DNA of 64,000 bases from IMG/VR virus record IMGVR_UViG_3300031813_000003, positions 128,001 to 192,000 of that record. One strand, 5' to 3'. Shown here one piece after another: positions 50,684-60,872 of the stretch. The notes beneath the pieces were generated by a model. The model searched no databases. It saw nothing but the letters and a program-made list of their open reading frames with translations, and had not been told where the DNA came from. Source of the stretch: a virus. Taxonomy: Duplodnaviria; Caudoviricetes. How positions within the stretch are numbered: position 1 is the stretch's first letter; each line of letters begins with the position of its first letter. The position numbers were made by a program, and so were the translations under genes.

Positions 50684-51292
50684 TACCATTTTACAATTAT
50701 CAAAGTGATACCTGTTCATAACAGGTTTACCACCACTTTTATTACAATGTGGGCAAGTAACTATCTCTTTTTTTATATTCTTTTGAGATTTAAGTTTTTC
50801 TTTATGTTCATTTGAAAGGGGAGGTCTACCAATAACATATCCATTATCCAAATAATATTGCATTTTACTTTTATTAACTCTTTGTGTATCTTTAGTTATT
50901 TTGTTATAAAGCCATACCTTTGATGATATTTTTGTTGCAATGTTGTTTTTATGTGTTTCTGTTAGGGTTATCCTTTTTTTTCTAGTACCAATATTAGGAG
51001 AAATATTACCACCCGCTCCGCCATTTTTGATGTTATAAACATCAGACCTTTTTAAAAAGGTATCATCTACTAGATTAGATTCAGTTTCATATGCTGCTTG
51101 CTCAGTTTCAAAAATTGTTATTATTTCTTTTTTAAAGTTAGATGTACCATATTTTTTAACCGCAAGTTTTAAACGAAACCCTGATCCAAGATAATCATCA
51201 TATGGGTCTAATGTTTTATGAACTCCAATATATATTTTATTGTTTATTAAATTTGTTGTTTTATACAATGTAAATAACATAACTAACCTCAA
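50675..51292 (-). CDS. Seg-like GIY-YIG homing endonuclease, antisense
   Basis: LYKTTNLINNKIYIGVH, YLGSG, C-terminal CPHC...RYHFDNC. Confidence 0.9.
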   Translation of the reverse strand: MRLVMLFTLYKTTNLINNKIYIGVHKTLDPYDDYLGSGFRLKLAVKKYGTSNFKKEIITIFETEQAAYETESNLVDDTFLKRSDVYNIKNGGAGGNISPNIGTRKKRITLTETHKNNIATKISSKVWLYNKITKDTQRVNKSKMQYYLDNGYVIGRPPLSNEHKEKLKSQKNIKKEIVTCPHCNKSGGKPVMNRYHFDNCKMVSE

Positions 51293-51352
51293 ATAAAAAG
51301 TATTTTATACCTACGCATTTGTATTTATGTAAATACTTTAGGAGAAAGAAAA

Positions 51353-51682
51353 ATGGAATAGAAAGTTTACACATATGCATTTATAAGAAGAGATTTACCT
51401 ATTCACACACAATTAGTGCAAACGGCCCATGCAACATTGGAGTTAGGGCTACAGTTGAAAGAGGAAAAGAAACCGAAGGAAACGTCCTTTTTGATCCTTT
51501 TAGATGCTAAAGATCAAGACCATCTGAAAGAGATTGCATGTTACCTTGATGATCATAGCATCGAGCATCATCTATTCTTTGAACCAGACTTGCCTATTAA
51601 TGGGTTTACAGCTATATGCTCAGAACCATTGCCTCTGGAGAAAAGAAAACTTTTCAAAAAATTTAAATTGTGGAAAATATAA
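51353..51682 (+). CDS. Peptidyl-tRNA hydrolase 2-like protein with in-frame TAG at codon 3
   Basis: AGGAG RBS; ME*KVYTYAFIRRDLPIHTQLVQTAHA...FFEPD...TAI. Confidence 0.78.
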
Positions 51683-51900
51683 ATTGACAAACGAATCTCC
51701 TTTGTGGTACTGTTGATTATCAATTGAATCACAAAGGAGATTTATGAACATCTGGTGTTTATTTGGGTTCCATGATTGGGACAAATTTGGTAAGCAGTTT
51801 GCGTTTGGTTCTTACGCTTTTCAAAATAGAAAATGTAAACGTTGTGGAAAAATTCAACAGAAACAATTCGGATGGTTCGAACCACAAGGGGATTTATAAA

Positions 51901-52236
51901 ATGGCAACTCTTCTTCATATTACAGTTAAAGCAGAAGGTGTTTCCCCTGTTGAATCTGGTAAACGTGCAACCGCCAAAGGTTACTTCCCCTTTTTTGGTA
52001 CAGAGATCCTTGAAGGTGAATTCAAAATATTCAGGAGCTATGGCAAAGCAATTTACTCTGGAATCTTTTTTGAAGATGGAACCCATATGACGTATAACTT
52101 CAATCCGAAAGGCCCAAAACTTCCTGAAGGTGTTCAGGAAGGTGACAAAGCAAAAGTAAAAGTGCTTGGTTCGTATACTGACGATGAAGTTGCTTGTCTT
52201 GTTGTAGAATATAATGGATTAACGCATCAACCGTAA
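51901..52236 (+). CDS. Hypothetical protein
   Basis: Likely start MATLLHIT after a short Cys-containing ORF at 51744-51899. Confidence 0.6.
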   Translation: MATLLHITVKAEGVSPVESGKRATAKGYFPFFGTEILEGEFKIFRSYGKAIYSGIFFEDGTHMTYNFNPKGPKLPEGVQEGDKAKVKVLGSYTDDEVACLVVEYNGLTHQP

Positions 52237-52240
52237 TAAA

Positions 52241-52413
52241 TTGCTGGCAAAGGGAATTTGCTCATACTTCTATGCCGTAAGGCACTCAACTTTTAATTGA
52301 CCTAAAGAGTATCTAATATCCAGCAATAATAAAATGAGGCTCCAGACTTTCGGATACTTCTAAAAACAATCAAACCTTAAATTTGACTCTATCCCCGAAT
52401 CTATTACCCTCAA
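52241..52413 (+). ncRNA. Two more copies of the AUACUUC motif (52241-52325, 52335-52413)
   Basis: Same architecture; directly 5' of the TROVE-like/TerD gene. Confidence 0.8.
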
Positions 52414-52433
52414 CTATAAAAGGAAATAAAAAA

Positions 52434-54548
52434 ATGAACAACGAACTTCAAGAAATCCTCATTCGTAGAAAGTCCCTTACCTTCCTCAAAATCAGCATGA
52501 AAGATGTTGGATTCACTACTCCTAAAGGGATGGTTGGTGCAATCATTGGTAACTTTGGTTCTCTTGGGTATGTAATGTCCAAAGAACTTGTTGACCTTCT
52601 TTCTTTATGCAACAATGCAGAACTGGTTGAATACCACAACACCGTGTTCCCCATCTTGAAGAATCAGGTAGGTGCTACCTATAGGCATCGTCCTATGTAT
52701 CCCAACTTTCCTGAGCAGGTAGCGAATGCTTCTGATGAAGAACTTTTCATCAATGCAATCATGCACTACTTTGGTGCGGCTGTTGGTATGCGTATCATGC
52801 CTGAATACGAAAAGGAAGTTCGTTTCCCTTTCTGTGAAACCACTGAGCCTCGTTTCCTTGGGCTTGTAAGTTCATTCGAACTTGAGGAATGCTACCGTCA
52901 GATTCTTGAATCCAAAGCTTCTCCTTCTGTTCAGGATAAGAACGACATTATCACCTTTCTGAAAGAAGGATATGCAGAAGTGAGTGCAACCATCGTCTGT
53001 AAGGAAACTCTTGCTTTCATGTGCGCTCTATGCTCCAAAACTGGTGCTTATTGGTATCAGTTGAAGACTGCAACTGATGTTCTTCGTGTTGCTGTTGCTA
53101 TGAACGATGGTGATGTTTCTCTCACCAAACCTTCCAAGTTTGGTAAGTTCACACGTTCTATGCGTAGAATGATTCTCCAGAGATTGGAGATCATGGATCA
53201 GAATTCTGTTACTGAAGACATGAAGCGTTTCGAAGGAATGTGGATTCGTCTTGGGGAGAAAATTCACCCTGCGGAATATAGCAATCAGTATGCTAGGATT
53301 GCTGAATCCTTCCGTAAACTTCGTAACGGTGAAGTCCAGACCACTAACTCCAAGATCGAAGCACTACTTGGTGTTGGTAATATGCCTGAATTGGTGAAGC
53401 TTCTTTCAACTCGTCCAGGAGATTTTGCACGTAGACTGAATGCGGTCATGACCAAATTTGATAATAAGTTTTTTATCATTGATGCATTCAAAGCTGTTGC
53501 TGATAAAGTGTCTGCACCTGTGCTTTGGCAGCTTCGTGGATATTACGCAAGTCGTAATGAGCAGGTTGCTTTTAGGAATCGTCTGTTCCTTCCTAAGACT
53601 CCCAAGGCACTTGTTGCACCTAATAACCTTGCGCCTCTTGAAGTAGGGTTCCAATGGAACCTTCTAAATGTTATTGATGAAGCACTTATCAATAAGTATG
53701 TAGATCAGCCTGAAATGAATAAGGTTTATATTGACCCTGTTTGTGAGAAGCTTCTGATTCCTTCTGGTAATCGTTCTGCTTCTACTGCGCTTCGTCAGGT
53801 TGGTAGGGGAAGTCGTTTCCAACTCGACAATACCAAATCAACCGTAAGGTTGTTTGTGTACTGGAAAGATATTGAAGGTAAAGATAGCTGGTCTTCTAGG
53901 GTTGACCTTGACCTTTCCGCTGTGATGTATGACAAGGATTGGAAGTTTGTTGGTCAGTGTTCTTGGACTAACCTTCGCAGTGGCAGAGGAAAGAATTCAG
54001 AAATGGTTCACTCTGGTGATATCACTTCTGCTCCTGATGGTGCATCTGAATTCCTTGATATCAACATGGATATGCTTTCTGCTAATGTAGCATACATTGC
54101 AGTTAATGTATACTGCTTCACTGGTCAGAAGATGACTCAGCTTAATGTTGGATTCGCAGGTTGGATGGAAAGAGAGTATGCAGGGTCTGGAGAAATCTAT
54201 GAACCTAAGTCCGTAGCAGGGCGTTGTGACCTTACCGCTGATGCAACTAGCACCTGCCCTATGATCCTTGATGTAGCCAATCGTGAGGTTATTTGGGCTG
54301 ATCTAGCCCTAGTTATGAATAGGTATTGTCAGTCAACTGAAACTACTCTTGATAAGGGTATCGCAACTGCTGAACTGGTTAGTCGTATGTCCACTACTAG
54401 GTCTTCACTGATGGACTTGTTCCTAATGCAGGTTCAGGCTAGGAAAGGTGAAATCGTATTCGAAAGGGAAGAAGCAGATTTCGTTATTGCTGAAGATGGT
54501 GACCTTTCCCCTTATGATGTAGCTAAGATCATGAGTGATTTTATCTAA
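52434..54548 (+). CDS. Alpha-helical ROT/TROVE-like repeat protein with C-terminal TerD domain
   Basis: PMYPNFP, TATDVLR, RPGDFARRL; TerD motifs DLDLSA and HSGDITSAPDGASEFLDI; matches the architecture of Prok-RING_4-associated proteins but with no RING finger. Confidence 0.8.
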   Translation: MNNELQEILIRRKSLTFLKISMKDVGFTTPKGMVGAIIGNFGSLGYVMSKELVDLLSLCNNAELVEYHNTVFPILKNQVGATYRHRPMYPNFPEQVANASDEELFINAIMHYFGAAVGMRIMPEYEKEVRFPFCETTEPRFLGLVSSFELEECYRQILESKASPSVQDKNDIITFLKEGYAEVSATIVCKETLAFMCALCSKTGAYWYQLKTATDVLRVAVAMNDGDVSLTKPSKFGKFTRSMRRMILQRLEIMDQNSVTEDMKRFEGMWIRLGEKIHPAEYSNQYARIAESFRKLRNGEVQTTNSKIEALLGVGNMPELVKLLSTRPGDFARRLNAVMTKFDNKFFIIDAFKAVADKVSAPVLWQLRGYYASRNEQVAFRNRLFLPKTPKALVAPNNLAPLEVGFQWNLLNVIDEALINKYVDQPEMNKVYIDPVCEKLLIPSGNRSASTALRQVGRGSRFQLDNTKSTVRLFVYWKDIEGKDSWSSRVDLDLSAVMYDKDWKFVGQCSWTNLRSGRGKNSEMVHSGDITSAPDGASEFLDINMDMLSANVAYIAVNVYCFTGQKMTQLNVGFAGWMEREYAGSGEIYEPKSVAGRCDLTADATSTCPMILDVANREVIWADLALVMNRYCQSTETTLDKGIATAELVSRMSTTRSSLMDLFLMQVQARKGEIVFEREEADFVIAEDGDLSPYDVAKIMSDFI

Positions 54549-54573
54549 CCTAAATATATATTAGGAGGATATT

Positions 54574-54879
54574 ATGCCTAATATATCAAGAGTTGGTGAT
54601 TCAGCAGTTGGAATTTGTAACAATCATAAGCATCCACTATCAGTCACAGGGGTTATATCTTCATCTATTAATTCGAAATTATTAGATGAACATGGAACCC
54701 CTGTAGCTGTTTTGGGTGATATAGTAACATTTAGTTGTGGGCATACTAGTTTTATATCATCAGGAACAGTTATATGTACAACTAACGGTAAACCATTGGC
54801 GCATGTTGGCTCTTTAATTAATGGTAATAACATAACAGGAGAGATTACTTCTGGATCAAACAAAATACAAGGAAATTAA
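54574..54879 (+). CDS. PAAR-like tail spike tip protein
   Basis: SRVGD, PVAVLGD...CGH, PLAHVGS repeats. Confidence 0.8.
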   Translation: MPNISRVGDSAVGICNNHKHPLSVTGVISSSINSKLLDEHGTPVAVLGDIVTFSCGHTSFISSGTVICTTNGKPLAHVGSLINGNNITGEITSGSNKIQGN

Positions 54880-55511
54880 TATCAATGGAAGAAATTAACA
54901 AAAATGAAATTATGGATGCTAGGGCATGGATAGAATTTGGTAAGATGTATAACTGTATGACCCAGGCTGGATTTGAAGTAGAACTTTTATGTGAACATAC
55001 TTACACTGATTATAGTATTAGTGCATTTGATACTAACACAGAAGAATATGTAGAGACTGATTGCGATATATTTACAACACCATATCTTGCAATCAAAGAT
55101 TTCTATTTCAAGTATTTCTTGAAGAATGAAGAGTTCTGTGATCAACTGGTATATATTACCAATCAAGACCTAAACAACTTATATCTTGAATCTGATCGTC
55201 TAGGAGTCCCTGTAGAAGAATATGTAATCGAAATTCTCAGAGAACTTCAACCAGAAGAACCAGAAAAGGTAGAAGTTTATTCTGCGTATTGCTGTTACAA
55301 CTGTACTTATATGAATGTGTATATTGATCCTACTGATGGAAGTATGAGGGTAAAATGCAATAAACAGGGCATCCCCACTCTTTACGGAAACACTTGTAAA
55401 GATTACTTCCCAAGAACTGAAAAATAAAAATTGAATATTTAATTTGACAGTAAATCTCCTTTGTGGTAAGGTTAATCATAATCTAAACCGAACCACAAAG
55501 GAGATTTTATT

Positions 55512-56044
55512 ATGGGTTGGACTTCACTTCACAAGGAATCTGATGTATCAATCAAATCCTTCTTTGAAACTCAGTTTGCCCTAATGAAGTACTTGGGTGC
55601 AAGGTTGTTAACAAAGTTGCGTACATTGCTCTCAAGCTTGTCAATAAAGCTGAAGTAATTGGTGTGGTTGCTCTGCTTGACTATCAGCCGAAATACAACT
55701 TCAACTTCCAGTATAAGGTCATGGATGAAACCATGCTCCCTTACTACTACGATTGCCCTGAAAGCATCCTGAACCTTCTCACCGAAACTACCAACGAGAA
55801 TGCCAATGTGTGGAGGGCATCTTGTGAATTAAATGTTGTTATGACCAAAGCACTCAAAGCTCTGAAAGTTGGTGATACTATTGTTTTCCAGAATGAATTC
55901 AGCTTCAAGCGTTATGGCAAAGCAAAAACCTTCACACTCACCGATAAGAAGAAACTTTATTTCATTGCAAAAGAAATCGGCATAGAAGTGAAGCTTCGTA
56001 AGAGTAGCCTCACTAGTAACAATCTTTGGACTAAAAGTAATTAA
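55512..56044 (+). CDS. DUF6927-like protein, frameshifted near 55580
   Basis: MGWTS start; YKVMDETMLPYYYDCP..IL.LLT...A..WR in the second frame. Confidence 0.65.
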
Positions 56045-56736
56045 CTACTAAATAAAAAGGAGATTTTATCATGGCGAATGTTATCTACTGCCCTTTCTGT
56101 GAACGTACTTATCCTGAAGGAACCATTTTACACGATGGTCTTTGCTGTGTATCTGTTAAACCGATTTTGGTTGATGAAAAGACCAAAGAACCTGTAATAG
56201 TTGTCCCTGAGAAAATCTGTGATATCGCAAGGATGATCATCAAGGATTGGAGATCGCAGGGCAAAGGAATCAACTATGCGGCGAAACCGTATGTTGAGGC
56301 AATGCTCTCCATCGAAAACATCAACGACAACTTCGGGTACGATTCTGGAGTTAGCATCGTGCGATACTTCCTTTGTAATGCTAATTCGTGGAAGGGAAAT
56401 ACAGCAAGAGAAGTCAAAAAGAAACTGAACGCTATGTGCAAAGGGAAGTAAATGTACCAAAAAGTTAACGGTGTTATTATGAATCCATATGCCTGTGTCA
56501 CCTGCAAGGGTGTGACATGGGCATTTTTTCCAACATTAGAACTACATCAGGAAGCATTGACCAATTTCAAATGTCAATCTTGTATTGATAAAGAAAGTAT
56601 CCCTGCGCCCAAACCAAAAACAAAAAGAAAGAAGAAATAAATCCCTCAAATCCAACTCAGAGGGTAAATACGAATAAAAGGAGAAACAAAGCCCATCAAA
56701 TAAAGGTAGCTTGGGTAACTACAAAAAGGAGTTAAA

Positions 56737-57282
56737 ATGATTAAGACTATAGCTGTATCTTTAATAACAATAAGTACGTTTCAAATCTTCAGTTCAGTAA
56801 ATGAGTTCCACACAGCATTACCTAGCCCTGTGCAAATCCCCATAACAGCACAAATCAAAGAAGACCCTAAACTGACTGCTACCAGACTAGCTCTAATTGA
56901 GGCAAAAGCACCCCAAGAGAGGCTAGTAACACTCACACGGTCATGCTACTATGCAGGGTTAGCAACAAACCTTGATCCAGTGCTTATCGCTACAATTATC
57001 TCCCCTGAAAGTGAGTATAAGATCAATGCACAATCCAAAAAGGGTTATAAAAGTTTAATGCAGACCAAAGAGGCAATCATGAAATGGGAATTTGCGGAAG
57101 CTAATGTGATGGCAGGAGCGTGTGATTTGAGATCAAAATTAATAGATTCCAAAGGAAATATGCGCCTAGCAATGTCAAGGTACAAAGGTGGAACTAGTAG
57201 AGAAGCTAGGAACATTGCTGATAAACAATTAAGAATATACTTTGATATAAAACATAAAGTAAACCAACAAATGAAAGGATAA
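56737..57282 (+). CDS. SLT/lysozyme-like transglycosylase
   Basis: IISPESEY...A.S.KG...LMQ, N..AG, A..RY; hydrophobic N-terminus. Confidence 0.7.
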   Translation: MIKTIAVSLITISTFQIFSSVNEFHTALPSPVQIPITAQIKEDPKLTATRLALIEAKAPQERLVTLTRSCYYAGLATNLDPVLIATIISPESEYKINAQSKKGYKSLMQTKEAIMKWEFAEANVMAGACDLRSKLIDSKGNMRLAMSRYKGGTSREARNIADKQLRIYFDIKHKVNQQMKG

Positions 57283-57624
57283 TAAAATGTATAATGTAGA
57301 TTTAGAATGTGATTCACCATTAAAACATGAAATTGTTCCTGATAAGAATGTTGAAATGTTTAATAAACAAAAACTTTTTAATTCATTGAAACATGGATGG
57401 GATACATTTCATAAGTATTTCGTATACATACTCATTGCAGTTCTTCTAGGGATATATATTGGTATTACTGTATCTAAAACTTACTTCAACGATAAGATGG
57501 AAGATTCTATTAAAATACAAGGATTTGTATTTAAGAATCAAATTTATAGTATCACACCAAAATAAAGGAATACTCCTAAAGGATTTGTCATAAATAAAGA
57601 TAAATCCTTTAGGAGTTGTTTAAT

Positions 57625-59238
57625 ATGGAAATAAAAAGATTTGCTAAATTTGTATTCACTGAAGGATACAAAGAAACACCAAACAAAAAAATTAAAGTAT
57701 TTGAACCCGCATTGGTAACTAACGCCGATGGTGAAAAATATTCAGGGGGAAGAAAACTTCATGCTAATCTCTCAAATGCATTAAACCATAATGGAAAGAC
57801 TATGTTCTATGCATTCGATCTAACTAATCGTTGTAATAGAGGATGCCCAGGATGCTATGTTGACAGGGCAAAAGAAATAGCATGTAATGCTGTTGCTGAT
57901 ATTCCTATTAAAGAATACAAGGGTGATCTGAGAAAATGGGAAGAATGGGCGGCTAAAAGTCCTGCAAATGCTGCCAAACTACAAGATGCCAAAGATCAAA
58001 CTAATGCCAATGGTGGAATCCGTATGTTTTCCGCAGCTGACTATCCAGATGCTTCAGATAAAGAATATATGGACATCCTCGCTCAAGCTAAAATCTCTGA
58101 TCCTAATTTCTTCAAAAATAACGTGACTGCTTTCCTAGATGATGCTAAGGCTACAGGATGGCACGTAAAGGCTATTACTAAAGAACTAAACTTTATTAAA
58201 GATCATATCCATCATGATGCATTAAAAGGGGTTGATGTTTCAATGAACTCCCAGGGATTCGGGGAGTCTCATGGAGTTGTCAAAGCTATGCGTTCTGGTA
58301 AACACAATGATAAAAATCTCTCTGATGCTGAAAAAGAAAAACTAGCATCTAAGTTTGATAAAAATGATGCCAAACGTCTTGCGCAGCATGCCGATAAGAT
58401 TATAGGTAGGACTGTTACACATACTCCATTCGATCTTACTAAACTACTTGAGCATAAATCTGATAGTAGTCATATTGGTGTAATTACTTCAGGGCATGAT
58501 ATTCCCGGTAATGGTATTCGTTATGTACCTTCTATACCAAAACAACCATATTCACCAAAAACAATTATCATGCAATGTAATTTTCCTGATAAACTAAAAC
58601 ACATTCTTGATGGTGATATTAAAGCATCTATTCCTGAAACTACAGCGGCATTGAATGAGTATTCAACAAAATATAATAAATTAAGAAATAAAGCCAGTGA
58701 TGCTCTTAAATCTGGTAAAATTACAGTTCTTGATGTTAAAGATCAGAATCCTATTACAGAGGGCGAAGCTGCTTTAAAAATTGATCCTGATTTTGATGAT
58801 AGTTCTGTAGAAACTGACGATGGTGTTGAACAGACTTCAATTCCAAAGAAAAAGAAACAAGCACCAAGAGGGCATACTGTACAAACTATACTTACCAAAG
58901 TAAATGGTGTTTGGATGCAAAGTGTTTATAAAACATCAAATGGAACAACACAACAAACTAAAGCTAATTTAATTCCTAACATTGAAACTCAATTTGATGC
59001 TATCAACCCTCCATTTACTTATGTCTTCACTGATCAAGATGCAGAATTCCTAATGAGCAAAATGCAAGGAAAGATGTGTTGCGCAGGAGAAGATGATGAA
59101 GGTAATGCAGCTGGTGGAAAATGTCACCACTGCAAAGCAAAATGTGGTGTGAAAGGGTGTGGTTCAAATGTCGAAAAGAAGAAAGATGTTAAAGACATTG
59201 GAAACATTAAAGAAAGTAAATTCATGCAATATATCTAA
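57625..59238 (+). CDS. Large radical-SAM-like protein, late-type promoter
   Basis: CNRGCPGCY; GIRMFS..DY; C-terminal CC...CHHC...C; upstream ATAAATA hairpin. Confidence 0.65.
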   Translation: MEIKRFAKFVFTEGYKETPNKKIKVFEPALVTNADGEKYSGGRKLHANLSNALNHNGKTMFYAFDLTNRCNRGCPGCYVDRAKEIACNAVADIPIKEYKGDLRKWEEWAAKSPANAAKLQDAKDQTNANGGIRMFSAADYPDASDKEYMDILAQAKISDPNFFKNNVTAFLDDAKATGWHVKAITKELNFIKDHIHHDALKGVDVSMNSQGFGESHGVVKAMRSGKHNDKNLSDAEKEKLASKFDKNDAKRLAQHADKIIGRTVTHTPFDLTKLLEHKSDSSHIGVITSGHDIPGNGIRYVPSIPKQPYSPKTIIMQCNFPDKLKHILDGDIKASIPETTAALNEYSTKYNKLRNKASDALKSGKITVLDVKDQNPITEGEAALKIDPDFDDSSVETDDGVEQTSIPKKKKQAPRGHTVQTILTKVNGVWMQSVYKTSNGTTQQTKANLIPNIETQFDAINPPFTYVFTDQDAEFLMSKMQGKMCCAGEDDEGNAAGGKCHHCKAKCGVKGCGSNVEKKKDVKDIGNIKESKFMQYI

Positions 59239-59862
59239 AATTACTTTTATAAATTGACAAACAAATCTCCTTTGTGGTAAGATGTTTTTACATTCAATCA
59301 CAAAGGAGATTTTTTATGAGTAAAGCAATCGAAGTAGTCTTGAACATGGGCGGTTACATGTACAGAAACAGCGAAGGTAGGGTATCAGAGGATTTAGCAA
59401 TCTTCTACTGCACTAAGGAAGTCGCTGACATTCATGCTTCTCATAGGATACTGGATGCTACGTATGATCGAATCTATGGTGAGTGGGTATTCCCTGATGG
59501 TTCGATTCTGCATCTTTGGGATGCAGGTATCTACTCCAAATTGCCTTGGTATTTCATGGCGTATAGCTGTGAGAACAGCAAAGGTGTAAGGGAACGTAGG
59601 GCTAATCCTACTCCTGATACTTCCCACGAAGGGTAAAGGAGAACTACTAATGTCTGAAATTCATCGTATTGTGATTATTACTAATCCTGATAAAGAAGGA
59701 AAGCAGGTATTTGATGCTTTCTGGAATACAGACTATACTCCAAGCAAACCATACCCACATGAACGTGGACAAGTATTTAAAACTAATCTGGAACACTTCA
59801 AAAAATACTCACATCTGACACCAGATTGTAAAATTATTGAAAGTATTCGAAGGGATTATTAA

Positions 59863-60231
59863 TTGACTAAGTTCAGACTTGCAAAAAGAGTATCTAAATA
59901 TTCATCATACAATGTTCAGATGGGAGCAGTTATATTCAGGGGGAATAAAGTAGTATCAACTGGATTTAACAAGATGAAATCACATCCTAGATATGCAAAT
60001 GAAGATTGGTATTACTTTCTTCATGCCGAAATGATGGCAATCATCAATGCTAAACAAGACCTAACAGGATGCTCTATCTATGTTTATAGAGAATTTAAAA
60101 ATGGTGATGGATACGCCCTAGCTAAACCTTGTGATTCATGTATGGCAGCAATCATAGAAAGTGGTATAAGTAGGGTGTATTTTACTGACAACAACAATCC
60201 GAAAGGATATTCTTATATGAAGGTAAATTAA
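59863..60231 (+). CDS. Cytidine/deoxycytidylate deaminase family
   Basis: HAE and PCDSC zinc motifs. Confidence 0.9.
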   Translation: MTKFRLAKRVSKYSSYNVQMGAVIFRGNKVVSTGFNKMKSHPRYANEDWYYFLHAEMMAIINAKQDLTGCSIYVYREFKNGDGYALAKPCDSCMAAIIESGISRVYFTDNNNPKGYSYMKVN

Positions 60232-60872
60232 AATGATATTGATGCTAAAAATTAAATATAAATCAATGTATTATTGGAAAGAACTTTGGAAGAACTTGGG
60301 TATTTGCCCTAAGTGTTGGAAACGTGGAAATTTTACTACAAAAGGCAGATTCATCTGCACAAATGGAAATTGTAAATGACTAAAAAAGAAATCGAAAAAT
60401 TAGAAAAAGATGATATAAATCGTTTCAGGAAAGATGCACTGAAAGTTGTTAAGAAATAAAATTGACAACAAATCAAATCCACTGTATAGTCTATCTATAG
60501 TCATCAACCATAATGGTGTGAACGGATGACCAATAAAGCAACGGAGATCAAATAATATGAACTTCCAGCTGGTGATTGTAGATAGCACAAACAAATTCTT
60601 CTCTACGGTGAAAGCCAATACACCTAAGATGTTTAATGCAATGAAAAAGACATGTGAGGGGCTGAAAAAGTCCTTTCAGGAAGAGTTCAAAGTCAAAAGG
60701 GTGATCCCTACCAAATTCGGATACAAATTCATTTAAAGGATAAATATGAGCAACTTATGTTGGAGAATTGAATGTTCAAATGGTGATGTATTTGACTATC
60801 CTAGTTGTAGTTTGATCCAAGCTATTTACATGTTTGAAATTGAAACTGATCACAAAGAAAGAGATATTAAAA

